Source of the DNA: a virus
Lineage: Duplodnaviria > Caudoviricetes
Reading direction: 5' to 3' (one strand)
Length of the DNA: 64,000 nucleotides
Virus record (IMG/VR): IMGVR_UViG_3300021426_000089
Location: 4,126 to 68,125 of that record
A program made the position numbers and the translations under genes. This document shows, in pieces, positions 43,854-53,942 of this stretch; the first letter of the stretch is position 1; the number at the start of each line of letters is the position of its first letter. The notes under the pieces are model-generated. The model saw only the letters and a program-made list of their open reading frames with translations. It was not told the origin of the DNA and searched no databases.

Positions 43854-45056
43854 TTAGGCGATGGGGAAGAAGTAGAACAGATACTGCGGGGAGGTCGGGA
43901 CGGCCAGCACGGTCATTTCCGTGTAGTAGCCCTGACACTTCTCGACGGCATCGGCATCAACCGTCAGCAGGAGACGACCATCGTAGAAGTGGCCATAGGT
44001 GGCGGAAGCGCTCTGGAAGGTGATAGGCATCACCGACAGAATGGTTCCAACCTTACCGTCCGGCACGAACACGATCACGTCGCTGTTGAAGGCGTTGATG
44101 TTCGGCTTCTCCAGAGCCTTCTTGGTCTTGTCGTACTTCTCGACGGCAACGAGGCTGTCGATAGCGGTGACAGGGACACCAATCAGCTCCTCGAACTTGG
44201 CCTTGCGGGAGACCTCGGGCAGAGCAGCAGCAGCGCCCTGCGTGTTGGAAATGTCGCCCATAGGCCACAGGTTGATGGCAATGGCCTTTGCCACGGAGCT
44301 GTGACGCAGGATGCGGCGCAGGAAGGCGCTGTTGACCTCCAGATGGCCCTTGATTCCCTTGTCGAGAATGGGCTGCAGGAACTCAACGAGGTCGGCGATA
44401 ACGTCGGCAGTTGCGCCTTCGGTGGCGTAGGTGTTGTCGGTCCACCACTTGTTCCCGGCCACGGTGCTGCCGCCGCTGCGGAAGGTGGAGGCGTTCTTCT
44501 TGTTGGAAGAAGGAACACTCGCGCTGAACGTCACGTTCTTGATACCCTTCGGGTTGTTCGCGTCGGTCAGGGTGAGTTTGCCAGCGGAAATCATCTGATG
44601 GCGCTGGTAAGTCAGGGAGTTGGTGTGGCCCCCGATGAGGTCGTCCAGAGTCTCGAACAGCTTGCGCTTCGCGGAACGGACGGCTTCGTCACTGGTTTCG
44701 CCAAACAGCTTCTCGGTGATGAGCTGCTTGCGCACCTTGTCCTCGTTGAAGTAAATCACGTCCTTCATACGAGGAATCTTGCCCGTGAGCAGGGATGCGC
44801 CTTCGACCCCACGAGGGATGGGCTTGGAGTCGAGGTCGTAGTAGTTCGCCATCGCGGTGATGCCGAGCTCCTTCTGCACCTGCTCATAGGTGAACTCCAG
44901 CTGCATATCGGGCTCGAACTCGAAGCCGGGGATCTGGAGGCCGTTGTACTTCTCGGCAAGGGTCTTGTCGAGGAAGCCCTGCAGACGCTTGCTGGTAGTG
45001 TCACCACGGAAAGCACGGGCGAGAAGGTCGTAGAATTGTACAGGATTGGTATTCAT
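43854..45056 (-). CDS. Major capsid protein
   Basis: 400 aa, strong codon bias, downstream of scaffold and decoration genes. Confidence 0.8.
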   Translation of the reverse strand: MNTNPVQFYDLLARAFRGDTTSKRLQGFLDKTLAEKYNGLQIPGFEFEPDMQLEFTYEQVQKELGITAMANYYDLDSKPIPRGVEGASLLTGKIPRMKDVIYFNEDKVRKQLITEKLFGETSDEAVRSAKRKLFETLDDLIGGHTNSLTYQRHQMISAGKLTLTDANNPKGIKNVTFSASVPSSNKKNASTFRSGGSTVAGNKWWTDNTYATEGATADVIADLVEFLQPILDKGIKGHLEVNSAFLRRILRHSSVAKAIAINLWPMGDISNTQGAAAALPEVSRKAKFEELIGVPVTAIDSLVAVEKYDKTKKALEKPNINAFNSDVIVFVPDGKVGTILSVMPITFQSASATYGHFYDGRLLLTVDADAVEKCQGYYTEMTVLAVPTSPQYLFYFFPIA

Positions 45057-45075
45057 AACGTTTCTCTCCTATGGT

Positions 45076-45774
45076 TTATTCGTTGTGCTGATAGACACCC
45101 GGGCAGACAGCGGCCATCTGCTTCTTCACGGCAGCGGCGGGAGTGCGGTCGATGAGGATGCCGGACTGGTGATACATCACTGCGGCCCCGGTTGCGGCGG
45201 TGGTTTCGTCCTCCACGTCGTAATCGGTTCCGAGGTAGATGTCGTTGTACAGGTAGGCGTTAGGCTGGTTAGCCATAGCCTTGCCGGAACCAGCGGCATC
45301 AGCAGCGGACATCACAATGATGTCGCCAGCTTCGGGGGTGTCGATGGTTGCGGAATGAAGGACGGCCACCTCGTAGCAGCCCTTGTTGTCGCCGGAGGTG
45401 AGCTCGGTCACGGACTTCACGGCAGCAGCCTTGCCAGTGGCGGCAAAGGTAGCGCCGAGCTTCTGGATGAAGTCACCGACTTCGGGCAGGTACTTCGCCT
45501 TGCCGTACTCACAAGCCTTGACAACGATAACGTCGTCAGTCTCCTGACCAGCGGCGGCGGTGAAGCCTACAACCACGAAAGCGATGAGCGGGGTGATCAC
45601 CTTGCTGGCGATGTTGATGGGCGTTCCTGCGGGGAAAAGGACACCCGGCTGGAGGTAGTCCTTATCCACAGTTCCGCCTACAGGGATGGGCTCGACAGTG
45701 CCGAGCCACACAGGAATCGACATCGGGCCGAAGTCCTGCTTGGTCTTGCCATAAGCGTTGAAAGAACTTTTCAT
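45076..45774 (-). CDS. Head decoration/stabilising protein
   Basis: Between scaffold and capsid genes; GVLFPAGTP and YLYNDI patterns. Confidence 0.6.
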   Translation of the reverse strand: MKSSFNAYGKTKQDFGPMSIPVWLGTVEPIPVGGTVDKDYLQPGVLFPAGTPINIASKVITPLIAFVVVGFTAAAGQETDDVIVVKACEYGKAKYLPEVGDFIQKLGATFAATGKAAAVKSVTELTSGDNKGCYEVAVLHSATIDTPEAGDIIVMSAADAAGSGKAMANQPNAYLYNDIYLGTDYDVEDETTAATGAAVMYHQSGILIDRTPAAAVKKQMAAVCPGVYQHNE

Positions 45775-45801
45775 CGGATAGTGGAATTAAAATTTGAATT
45801 G

Positions 45802-46449
45802 TTAGTTTTCTTTCTTGGGGAGCTTGCCTTCCTTGCGAAGGGTTTCCGCAAAATCGTCGTCCTCCGTCCCGGTGTACTCGGGAACCGTGGTCTTGTGGTT
45901 GTGCGGAACAGGGCCGTCGCCATAGAACTTGGTGTACTTCGCGTCGTAGTCGGTTTTGAGACGAGTGGCGATGTCGTCAGCAGTCTCATCTTCCTTCCAC
46001 TCGGCCTTATCCAGAACCAGATCCAGAATGTTGTCGTTGTCCGACCCGTTGTCCTTCATCTTGGTGCGGATGCTGGCCAGCATTTCGGCGCGAGCTGCCT
46101 TCTTGTCCTTTTCCTCGTTGGCCTTTTTCAGGTTCGCGATTTCCTCCTTCATCTTCTTGATTTCGGGGTCCTCGTTCTCGTTAGGCTTCGGAGGCTCGGT
46201 TTCAGGATGCTCCTTCTTGTACTTGTCAAACTCGGCCTGCAGGTTCGCCTTTTCAGTGCGCACCTTGTCGGTGTCGGTCTGATAAGCCTTGATGAGAGCT
46301 TTGGTTTCGTCGGATTTGACGACCCCATCAATCTCATCGTCTTTGGTAACGGTTTTTACGAGGACAGAGGCCACCCCGTCAAACGCCTTGTCGCTCAACC
46401 CCGACTTCGCGTACTCGGTTTTGAGAGCTGTCAAAAGTTTGGTTTTCAT
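45802..46449 (-). CDS. Capsid scaffolding protein
   Basis: Charged coiled coil; ATG 46449 (MKTKLLTALK). Confidence 0.6.
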   Translation of the reverse strand: MKTKLLTALKTEYAKSGLSDKAFDGVASVLVKTVTKDDEIDGVVKSDETKALIKAYQTDTDKVRTEKANLQAEFDKYKKEHPETEPPKPNENEDPEIKKMKEEIANLKKANEEKDKKAARAEMLASIRTKMKDNGSDNDNILDLVLDKAEWKEDETADDIATRLKTDYDAKYTKFYGDGPVPHNHKTTVPEYTGTEDDDFAETLRKEGKLPKKEN

Positions 46450-46569
46450 ACAAAACTTGTTTTGGTTATACATTAAAAGCCCGCACGGAGACGGGGCAAA
46501 ACCCACCTCTGCACGGACTCATTTGGTCTCTTGGACGCTATCGGTCGCTGATGTGTCTCTACGGACGCT

Positions 46570-46734
46570 CTATATGTTTTCCCGAATTTCGACCTCGCTC
46601 TTTGCCTTGCAGTTGCGACACACAAGACTGTAGCGAAGCCTACCATTCAACTCCAGAATACGAACGGGAAGGGCCTTCCCACACTGCGGGCAGACCACCT
46701 TTACTTCCTTCCGTATGACATTCTTCTCGTCCAT
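46570..46734 (-). CDS. 54-aa zinc-ribbon (Mu Com-like) protein, absent from the ORF track
   Basis: MDEKNVIRKEVKVVCPQCGK...LVCRNCKAKSEVEIRENI; first gene after the late promoter. Confidence 0.7.
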   Translation of the reverse strand: MDEKNVIRKEVKVVCPQCGKALPVRILELNGRLRYSLVCRNCKAKSEVEIRENI

Positions 46735-46743
46735 ATTCCACGG

Positions 46744-46815
46744 CAAATGTATAGAATAAAAGCAAACAATGTGAAATAATTATTTCAGATTATTTCAATA
46801 AAAATGTGACCTTTG
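46744..46815. promoter_or_regulatory. Divergent late promoters sharing palindrome TGAAATAATTATTTCA
   Basis: Palindrome 46772-46787; -7 boxes TACATTTG (minus) and GACCTTTG (plus), each 20 nt from the palindrome. Confidence 0.75.
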
Positions 46816-46822
46816 CCCTTGT

Positions 46823-48463
46823 ATGGCAAGAAAAGTTATCAGAGACGACAGTAAGTATTTGGACCCCGTGTTTCTCAAATACGGGCAGAAGGTCTATACT
46901 TATGAGTTTATCGAAATGCTACGAGAGGAGAACCTGCAACTGAAACTGCAAGGAAAACGCTCCTACAATCTCGTGCCACAAAAAGGCTTTCAGGAAAGGG
47001 TAGAAGAAGCAGATGCCGACCTTCTCATCATCGGCGGAAAGAAAGGTGGCGGCAAGACTTGGATTGCACTGTTCAAGGCTTTGCCCTACATCTTCAACCC
47101 GGATGTTTCGATGTACGCCTTCCGTAAGTATGAGGACGACGTGAAACGCGGCCCGTGGAAGGCAAGCCAGCCAGTATTCCGAGGCTTCGGCACACCGAAG
47201 GAGTCCTACTTCGAGTGGTCCTTCCTCAACGGGAAGGGTGCATCCCTGAAAATGGAGCACCTGATGGACCTCGGCAAGATTACTGACCGATTCCGTGGCG
47301 CTGAACTGGCATACATCGACTTGGAGGAGCTGCCGGAGCACACCCGCGAGAGTGTAAAAATCATCTTCGACTTCCTCTCCGTCAACCGTAATACCGCAGG
47401 CGTAAAGTCGCAGGTCGTGGCTACCTGCAACCCTGTGGGCTGGAGTAATAAACTGCGGAAACTGCTGGAATGGTACATCGACCCGGAGACTGATATGGTT
47501 ATCCCCGAGCGCGACGGCAAGAAGCGCTATATGTTCAACTGGGGAGACGATATAAACCAGATTGCTTGGGGCAATAGTTGGCAGGAGGTTTACGCGCATC
47601 CCAAAGCGAAGGAGAAGATTGACCTGCTGCTTATGGGTGCGCCGGACCTCAAACCAGAGGATATGATCCTGACGCTCCAGTTTATCGAGGGCGACTACGC
47701 CGATAACAAGATTCTGCACATTGCCGATAAGAGGTACGTCTCTCGTCTGGCCAGTGGTGGTGGCGCATCCGTCGTCAACGATATGCGAGGCATCTGGCGC
47801 GATGTGGAAAGCGGGACCAGCCTGCTTACACAAGACGATATGGAAGCCTTCTTCAACAATACGGAGCGCAGGGATGGAGTGATGCGGGCTTCTGCAGACG
47901 TGGCCCTCACCGGGGACTTCTTCGTGATATGGGCCTTCGACGGCCACCACATCTGCGACTTGGAGGCTTGGTTCGGGGCTCCATCCGACGAGGTGGTTCC
48001 ATTCATCAAAAAATTCTTGAAAAAGAATGGCATCCGGGAAGAAAACTTCACCTACGACAAGAACGGCCTCGGCCTCTGGCTGGAAGGACACTTCAAGTCA
48101 AGTGTCGGCTTCAATAACAAGAGTGCGGCATCTGACCCCCGGCTCTGGAACAACCTCAAATCCGAGTGCGCAGAGAAGTTCGTCAAAGCAGTAAAAGGCC
48201 GCGAATACAGCATCGCAGAGGAATTGCTCGACCGCAAGTACACCGACAAGAAGGGACACACGTTCACCGTCAGAGACCGCCTCATCGCAGAACGTATGGC
48301 GCTCAAACGCAAAGACAATGAGGCCCGCTTTGAAATCATCACCAAACAGCAGATGAAGCTTGAGATAGGCCATAGCCCCGACTTTATCGAGGGCCTGTTT
48401 ATGGTCACTCCACTATTCGCCCGCAATAAGAAGTGCGTCCGAAAAGGCTTTGAAAATATGTAA
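46823..48463 (+). CDS. terL: Terminase large subunit
   Basis: Walker A GGKKGGGKT, IDLEE Walker B, VATCNP, nuclease ASADVALTGD...SPDFIE. Confidence 0.9.
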   Translation: MARKVIRDDSKYLDPVFLKYGQKVYTYEFIEMLREENLQLKLQGKRSYNLVPQKGFQERVEEADADLLIIGGKKGGGKTWIALFKALPYIFNPDVSMYAFRKYEDDVKRGPWKASQPVFRGFGTPKESYFEWSFLNGKGASLKMEHLMDLGKITDRFRGAELAYIDLEELPEHTRESVKIIFDFLSVNRNTAGVKSQVVATCNPVGWSNKLRKLLEWYIDPETDMVIPERDGKKRYMFNWGDDINQIAWGNSWQEVYAHPKAKEKIDLLLMGAPDLKPEDMILTLQFIEGDYADNKILHIADKRYVSRLASGGGASVVNDMRGIWRDVESGTSLLTQDDMEAFFNNTERRDGVMRASADVALTGDFFVIWAFDGHHICDLEAWFGAPSDEVVPFIKKFLKKNGIREENFTYDKNGLGLWLEGHFKSSVGFNNKSAASDPRLWNNLKSECAEKFVKAVKGREYSIAEELLDRKYTDKKGHTFTVRDRLIAERMALKRKDNEARFEIITKQQMKLEIGHSPDFIEGLFMVTPLFARNKKCVRKGFENM

Positions 48464-48477
48464 AATCCTTACGCTAT

Positions 48478-49989
48478 ATGAGTTATACCATTGACACTAT
48501 GACTCCAGACAAGATTCGTGTCAAGGAGTCCTTCAAGCGGCTTATACCTCCGGCTCTGACTGGGCCGGGCCTGTCGCAGACCCCTCGCGGAAACATCAAC
48601 GCGAGAGCGAACTATGGCGTTGATCCTCTCCAGTACGAACTGCGGACCCAATCCGACTTCTTGCGAGAGTATGATGTCAACGCGCACCTCATCAATTCGA
48701 TGAAGTACTATCCCAATCCGTTCAGTAAAGACAGCGACGGAAAGGTGTACCAGAAAATCAAGAGCAGGGTTGCAGTTGGCTTCCAGTCCCGCATCCACAC
48801 CAAGCGCTTGACAGCCCTCATCGGCAACAACGTCAGCCATCGCCTCATCCGCAGTTTCAAGGACTCGGAGGCGGCACAAAACTGGCTGGCAGACTTCCGT
48901 GAAGGCTGGGAAGAAAAGAATGTTGAGGTGGCCATCCACGACGCTATCTCCGCCGACGGCAAGACTGGAGACTGCGCCATCTGCTTCTTCCTGTCGAAGA
49001 ACAAAGTTGGCTGGCGCACCTTCTCCTACGAAAACGGAGACATCCTCTATCCTCACTACGACAGGCTCACCGGGGAACTGACACTCTTTGCCCGCGAATA
49101 CACCGAGGGAGAGCCCGATGGCGAGCAGATAACGTTCCTCGATGTCTGGGACGATACCTCGTACATCCGCTACAAGAAGTCGTTGAAGGATAACAAGAAG
49201 GAGTGGGAGATTGATGAGCAGAAGCGCAGCCACAACTTCCCGATGTGCCCTGTTGCGTATCACCGCTATGGAGAACCGTTCTGGACCCCGAGCCAGTCCC
49301 TAATCGAGAACTACGAACTGTCTCTGTCCCAGTTCGCAGAGAACAACGCAGCATACGCACTCCGCATCCTCTACACCATCGGCGAGGAAATGGAGGTTAT
49401 CAGCAGCCTTGACGGTACGCCGCAGCGTATCGACTCCAGCGACCCCAATGCAAAGATTGGCTTCCTCGAACCTGCAGACGCGGCCAAGTCCTTCGAGACC
49501 CAACTCAACAAACTGGAGCAGAACATTATGCGCAGCTCCTTCGCCGTGGAGACTCCAGAAATCAAGAGCGGCAGCGATATGAGCTCGCTCACGGTCAAGA
49601 TGCTGTTCGCCGACTCCTACCTCAAAGCGCTGGACGACGCGATGCGGTATCAGATGTTCCTTGACAGAGCAACGGCCCTGTTCAAGTACGGGTACGGCGT
49701 TGAGGTGAAGCATCGTAGCGACTACAACAAGTTCCGCATCAAAGCCGAACTCCTGCCCTTCGTCTTTATGAGCGAGAGCGAGACCGTGGCTGCTCTGGTC
49801 CAGCTCGTCGGTAGCGGTGTCCTTTCCAAGCAGACGGCATCCGAAATTGCCTATAACTCCGGCTACGGCACTTCCGATGAGTGGAGCCGCATTCTGGACG
49901 AGGCACACGCCGAAATGGTTGCAGAGGCGAGAGCCAACACGACCAGCAGGCAACCTAACGTGGTGAGTCAAACCCGCCAGAACCAGTAA
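48478..49989 (+). CDS. Portal protein
   Basis: 503 aa immediately after terL. Confidence 0.8.
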   Translation: MSYTIDTMTPDKIRVKESFKRLIPPALTGPGLSQTPRGNINARANYGVDPLQYELRTQSDFLREYDVNAHLINSMKYYPNPFSKDSDGKVYQKIKSRVAVGFQSRIHTKRLTALIGNNVSHRLIRSFKDSEAAQNWLADFREGWEEKNVEVAIHDAISADGKTGDCAICFFLSKNKVGWRTFSYENGDILYPHYDRLTGELTLFAREYTEGEPDGEQITFLDVWDDTSYIRYKKSLKDNKKEWEIDEQKRSHNFPMCPVAYHRYGEPFWTPSQSLIENYELSLSQFAENNAAYALRILYTIGEEMEVISSLDGTPQRIDSSDPNAKIGFLEPADAAKSFETQLNKLEQNIMRSSFAVETPEIKSGSDMSSLTVKMLFADSYLKALDDAMRYQMFLDRATALFKYGYGVEVKHRSDYNKFRIKAELLPFVFMSESETVAALVQLVGSGVLSKQTASEIAYNSGYGTSDEWSRILDEAHAEMVAEARANTTSRQPNVVSQTRQNQ

Positions 49990-49995
49990 TGGGCT

Positions 49996-50781
49996 ATGGA
50001 TAAGGTTATCAAACAAATGGAAAAGGTGGAGGGCGATGTCCGGCGTGACATTCGCCCTTCTGTTTCTGAAATTGTCCTGCTAACAGAAGCCTACCGCCGC
50101 TGGGGAAAGGACTTCTCCTTCGATATAGCCGAGGCCCTTGACCAAGCCGTGAATAAGTCGCTGGTCAACCTGTCAGACCGCATCATCGACGACATCGGCA
50201 CGAGGCTGGACTTCGCCATCGCCGAGGCAGAGGCCGACGACTTCGACCTTGACTGTAAATCCTACGCCACACGAGAGATCAACGGAGAAACGGCCCAAGC
50301 CCGCATCGACGGCCACGTCTCCCGACTCAAATACCTGTTCGAGGCAGGAATCGCTATCGGCTTCACCAACGCAATGTCTCGGGCAAAGATAGAGACCACC
50401 CTGATGCAGCTTGTGGCCAACCCCTACTACCTGATGCTGATACCAAATGCGAGAAGGGAAGGAGGCTACGCCGCCACCTACATCGTGGACGGAGACCTCA
50501 ACTCTGGCCGTGGCATCAACTCCAATATCGTGAAGGCAATCTCGGTCGTCGGCTCAACGATGATTGCCGATGCCTTCCACTACGGCAGGCTGCAGACATA
50601 CAAAAGAGACGGGGCAATCGGATATGGAGTGAAACGTAACTCCAACTTCGACTGCCCCGATTGTGATGCGGTGTGTGCCGTGGTCCATCCATTCACAGAA
50701 ATCGTGGTCCCAGTACACCCCAACTGCTGCTGCTCTACGTACCCCGTCTTTGACGAGAATCTGGATTCAGACGAGACCTGA
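49996..50781 (+). CDS. Minor head protein (SPP1 gp7/MuF-like)
   Basis: After the portal; C-terminal CPDC...PVHPNCCC. Confidence 0.7.
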   Translation: MDKVIKQMEKVEGDVRRDIRPSVSEIVLLTEAYRRWGKDFSFDIAEALDQAVNKSLVNLSDRIIDDIGTRLDFAIAEAEADDFDLDCKSYATREINGETAQARIDGHVSRLKYLFEAGIAIGFTNAMSRAKIETTLMQLVANPYYLMLIPNARREGGYAATYIVDGDLNSGRGINSNIVKAISVVGSTMIADAFHYGRLQTYKRDGAIGYGVKRNSNFDCPDCDAVCAVVHPFTEIVVPVHPNCCCSTYPVFDENLDSDET

Positions 50782-50941
50782 TCTGCTCCACCCGCTTCCG
50801 ACCATCTGCTATGATGGCATCGGCCCTCAACACCAAATCCCAAGCACCCTCCGCCGCAAGTCCGCGACGGAGGTTTTCTGTACAGCGCAGGTCAAACTCG
50901 GCCCGGTGCAACTCGGATTCGGTGTTCTTGGGCTTGGCCAT
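50735..50941 (-). CDS. Hypothetical protein
   Basis: Coupled to the upstream ORF. Confidence 0.45.
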   Translation of the reverse strand: MAKPKNTESELHRAEFDLRCTENLRRGLAAEGAWDLVLRADAIIADGRKRVEQIRSRLNPDSRQRRGT

Positions 50942-51429
50942 TACTCTGCTGGTGTTTCAGCCGTGGTCTCTGGTGTGGTAGATTCGCTGGGTGTCTCTAC
51001 CTTTCCCGTCATTTCTGCCACGGCCTCGTGCAGTTCCTTCTCCTCCTGCAGGATTTTGGCATCCTCTGCAGGGGTGATGTCCTCCTTGATGCCATACACG
51101 TCCTTGTGGCGATTGATACAGGCCAGCACCGCCTTGTTGATGTCCTCGTAGAGGGAAGCATCCGGCACAGTGCAGAGGAAGTTGTACATCAAGGTGGCGT
51201 AGTTGTGTAGGTCGTTCTGGTACTTCTTCGGATCCTCCAGCATCATTTCCAGCAACTGCCCTTTCGCGATGTGGCGATTGATGCGGTGCGTGATGGTGAG
51301 GCTGATGTCCTGCACCTTGATGTGGTTGTCCTCCAAAGTGTACACGAAATTTCCGACGCGGGTGTCCCGCTTGTCGAGTTTGATTTTTCCGTTCAGAATC
51401 TTCATAAGGCTATTCGATTTTGTGAGCAA
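50941..51429 (-). CDS. Hypothetical protein
   Basis: 162 aa, biased codon usage. Confidence 0.65.
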   Translation of the reverse strand: MLTKSNSLMKILNGKIKLDKRDTRVGNFVYTLEDNHIKVQDISLTITHRINRHIAKGQLLEMMLEDPKKYQNDLHNYATLMYNFLCTVPDASLYEDINKAVLACINRHKDVYGIKEDITPAEDAKILQEEKELHEAVAEMTGKVETPSESTTPETTAETPAE

Positions 51430-51625
51430 TGCTACCGAGCGCGATCATAGCCATAGCCATCATCATTTCGGCGTTATCACTGTCTTTAGTGATTTCGGTG
51501 GGGACCTCGATTTCATCGTGGCTGTCGATATAGTCACGAATCTTCTTCTTCTCCTCGGCTGTGGGCTTCAACAGGACGACCAGTGCGCTGATGTCGTCTT
51601 TGTCGATGTCAAAAATGAGTTTCAT
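51410..51625 (-). CDS. Hypothetical protein
   Basis: Operon ORF. Confidence 0.55.
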   Translation of the reverse strand: MKLIFDIDKDDISALVVLLKPTAEEKKKIRDYIDSHDEIEVPTEITKDSDNAEMMMAMAMIALGSIAHKIE

Positions 51626-51758
51626 AAGACTTTCCTATTATGGTTAATAAATTTCCTTCTACGCGAACAAAATTTCCGCGAAATGTGCCAAAACCACCGT
51701 TTTGTGTGCGAAAATTGCAGAAATCTGTACGATTTCGTGGTAGAAACGTGCGATTTCA

Positions 51759-53096
51759 TCATTCTATCACTTCTATCCGATACAAGAAATAACGCACCTC
51801 AACGCCTCGGTCCTTCGCCACGTGGTAGGAGTTCAGCTCACGGGTGATGGCATCCTTGCTGATGCGGCCACCCATCCCCTCATAAATCCTGCTGGCCGTT
51901 ACCTTCTCGAAGGGCTGGCCATCGTACTGCGGCCTCGTCGTGTAACCTATGCTTTCGAGATAGGAAAGGGTGGGGCACTGCTCCGACCTGACTCTCCGCT
52001 TCAATGCGGCCACAGCTTTATCCATCCTTGCACACCGCGTGAAGCTGCCCTTACGGTTGAGGAGACGACGACGGCCGTCCATAACCCATCTGAATATGCC
52101 GGGCAACTCAACCTCACAGATCTCCGCCGCCAGTTTCTTGTTCTGGCGCTCCGGCGGTATGATTACATCGAACTGGAACGGCATCAGCCTACGGAAGAAG
52201 GCATCGGTATCGTCGCGGAAGTGCGGCATTTCGTTGAAGGCAAACACCAGTGGCGGGCACTTGATTACGACATTGCCCTCGTATAAGCGCCAGCCCTGTA
52301 CATCCTGACTTGACGACAATGCTTTCAGGCCGGAGTCAAACGCGGCGCTGCGCTTGATGTCTGGGGCGAAGTTCAGCTTCTTCCCGGCAACACTCACCAA
52401 CTGCTTGTTGTCGATGAGCTGGTCCGGCGACAGGAAACTGACCCACTCCTTGCCTATCACATTCTTCATCACATCGAAGATTACGCTCTTGCCGTTGCTT
52501 CCCGCCCCTATGAGTAACGCCATCTTCTCGATACTGAACTTGTCCCTATCGACGTAGCACATCCCGAAGAACTCCTGCAGGCAGGCCCTTTCACTGGCAT
52601 CTGGCAACACCTCCGCCAGAAACGCATTCCACTTCGGACACGCGGCATCGGCGTACCAGTCATAGGGCAGCGTATAGTCGGTGATGTGGCGGCGGTCGAA
52701 CTGATACGCCTGATTGCGCCGGATGTCATAGACGCAGTTCTGGAAGCAGACCTTATCCGGGTCGTTCCTGTACGACTTCTCAAATATCACGGAGAAGGGC
52801 ATATCACCCACTTTCTTCGCGTCGCTGGCCCCAACCCCGAACTCGGGCAGGATATTGGCCACGATCAGGATCAGACTCCTGCTCGTGAGCGTGGTGTATG
52901 CCCGCCCATCAAAGAAAGCAAGCCTGTTGTCGATATAACACAGGCTACTGGAGGCAAGGGCCCGCCGTAAGATGGTGACGTAGCCGTCAATCCTTTCGGT
53001 GGCTGACCGCGACATAGTAAGCCGGGAGAACTCGTCACGGCACGGCTGCAGCAAAGTCAGCAGCTCCTGCTTCAATACATCGAGGTTGTCAATCAT
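51759..53096 (-). CDS. D5/P4-family SF3 helicase (primase C-terminal type)
   Basis: VCFQNCVYD, Walker A GAGSNGKS, FAFNEMP, DAFFRRL motifs. Confidence 0.85.
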   Translation of the reverse strand: MIDNLDVLKQELLTLLQPCRDEFSRLTMSRSATERIDGYVTILRRALASSSLCYIDNRLAFFDGRAYTTLTSRSLILIVANILPEFGVGASDAKKVGDMPFSVIFEKSYRNDPDKVCFQNCVYDIRRNQAYQFDRRHITDYTLPYDWYADAACPKWNAFLAEVLPDASERACLQEFFGMCYVDRDKFSIEKMALLIGAGSNGKSVIFDVMKNVIGKEWVSFLSPDQLIDNKQLVSVAGKKLNFAPDIKRSAAFDSGLKALSSSQDVQGWRLYEGNVVIKCPPLVFAFNEMPHFRDDTDAFFRRLMPFQFDVIIPPERQNKKLAAEICEVELPGIFRWVMDGRRRLLNRKGSFTRCARMDKAVAALKRRVRSEQCPTLSYLESIGYTTRPQYDGQPFEKVTASRIYEGMGGRISKDAITRELNSYHVAKDRGVEVRYFLYRIEVIE

Positions 53097-53451
53097 CTTT
53101 CAGAACCTTTAACGTGGAGCGGACAATGATGTTGCCGCTATCATCTTTGTAATCCTCAAAACAGAAATAGTCGCGCGGCATCGACCGCAGCAACTCCAAC
53201 GTGCGGAGGACGCACTGCTTTCGGGCCCAAGCCCGGGACACACCCTCCACATCCCTGCGGTCACGATACTTCGCCAGCCTCCGGCCAAATTTCGCCTGCC
53301 GCCGAGTATCTACGACAACCGCCAGAGACAGGCGGCGACGAGGCAGTTCCGGGCGCGGCTCCAACGCATCGGCCCAGCCCCGGAAAATCCGAGCAAGGCC
53401 GGACCGCAGCCATCGGCCAACATCACACCAATTCCTTTTCTTCGCTCCCAT
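53089..53451 (-). CDS. Hypothetical basic protein
   Basis: ATG 53451 chosen to avoid overlap with the upstream gene. Confidence 0.45.
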   Translation of the reverse strand: MGAKKRNWCDVGRWLRSGLARIFRGWADALEPRPELPRRRLSLAVVVDTRRQAKFGRRLAKYRDRRDVEGVSRAWARKQCVLRTLELLRSMPRDYFCFEDYKDDSGNIIVRSTLKVLKDD

Positions 53452-53473
53452 TTTGCGCCAATTTTTTAGCCCA

Positions 53474-53815
53474 CTACTTTTTGACCTCCTTGAACCAGAC
53501 AAATTTCTTGTCGCGGCGGTCGAAACAGCCGCACTGCAAGTCGCCGCAACCGAGGTATAACTTCGACAAAGAACAGCCGCTACAAGCCTCCGCCGGAACT
53601 GAAACACGGTCGGCTTCAACACACCGAAATCTGCGGCCACGGACCTCGACCTCACCTCCTATCTCGATGAACCGCGTCGGCAACGCCGTTTTCTTTCCCA
53701 GCAACGAACGCTCCTCGTTGTAGGCTTCGATTATCGCGCTTACGCGCTCTATTTCCGCAGCAGTGAACGTGCCCCCGCCATCCACCCGCTGCAATACTTT
53801 TTCCGCCATTTTCAT
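53474..53815 (-). CDS. Cys-rich hypothetical protein
   Basis: CSGC...CGDLQC...RRDKKFVWF. Confidence 0.55.
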   Translation of the reverse strand: MKMAEKVLQRVDGGGTFTAAEIERVSAIIEAYNEERSLLGKKTALPTRFIEIGGEVEVRGRRFRCVEADRVSVPAEACSGCSLSKLYLGCGDLQCGCFDRRDKKFVWFKEVKK

Positions 53816-53819
53816 ATCG

Positions 53820-53854
53820 CAAATCTACTCATTTTCTGAAACAATCTGAAATAA
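53820..53854 (-). promoter_or_regulatory. Late-class promoter (half-site)
   Basis: TTATTTCAGATTGTT-N12-TAGATTTG. Confidence 0.6.
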
Positions 53855-53942
53855 AGTTTGAATACCCCTCCCAGACCCTCCCCAAGACCCTCTCTCCACA
53901 GACCAGTTTCAAAACACCGAAAATCGGCTATTTTTGGCTTCG

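Noticed and set aside
43455-46476. Long antisense ORFs (566 aa, 476 aa) opposite the capsid/scaffold genes, and similar ones opposite the tape measure and tail genes
   Set aside because: Shadow ORFs caused by GC3 bias; no promoter context or protein motifs
51640-51780. Short GCGAAA/CGATTT repeats after the D5-like helicase
   Set aside because: Too short and degenerate to distinguish from background by eye
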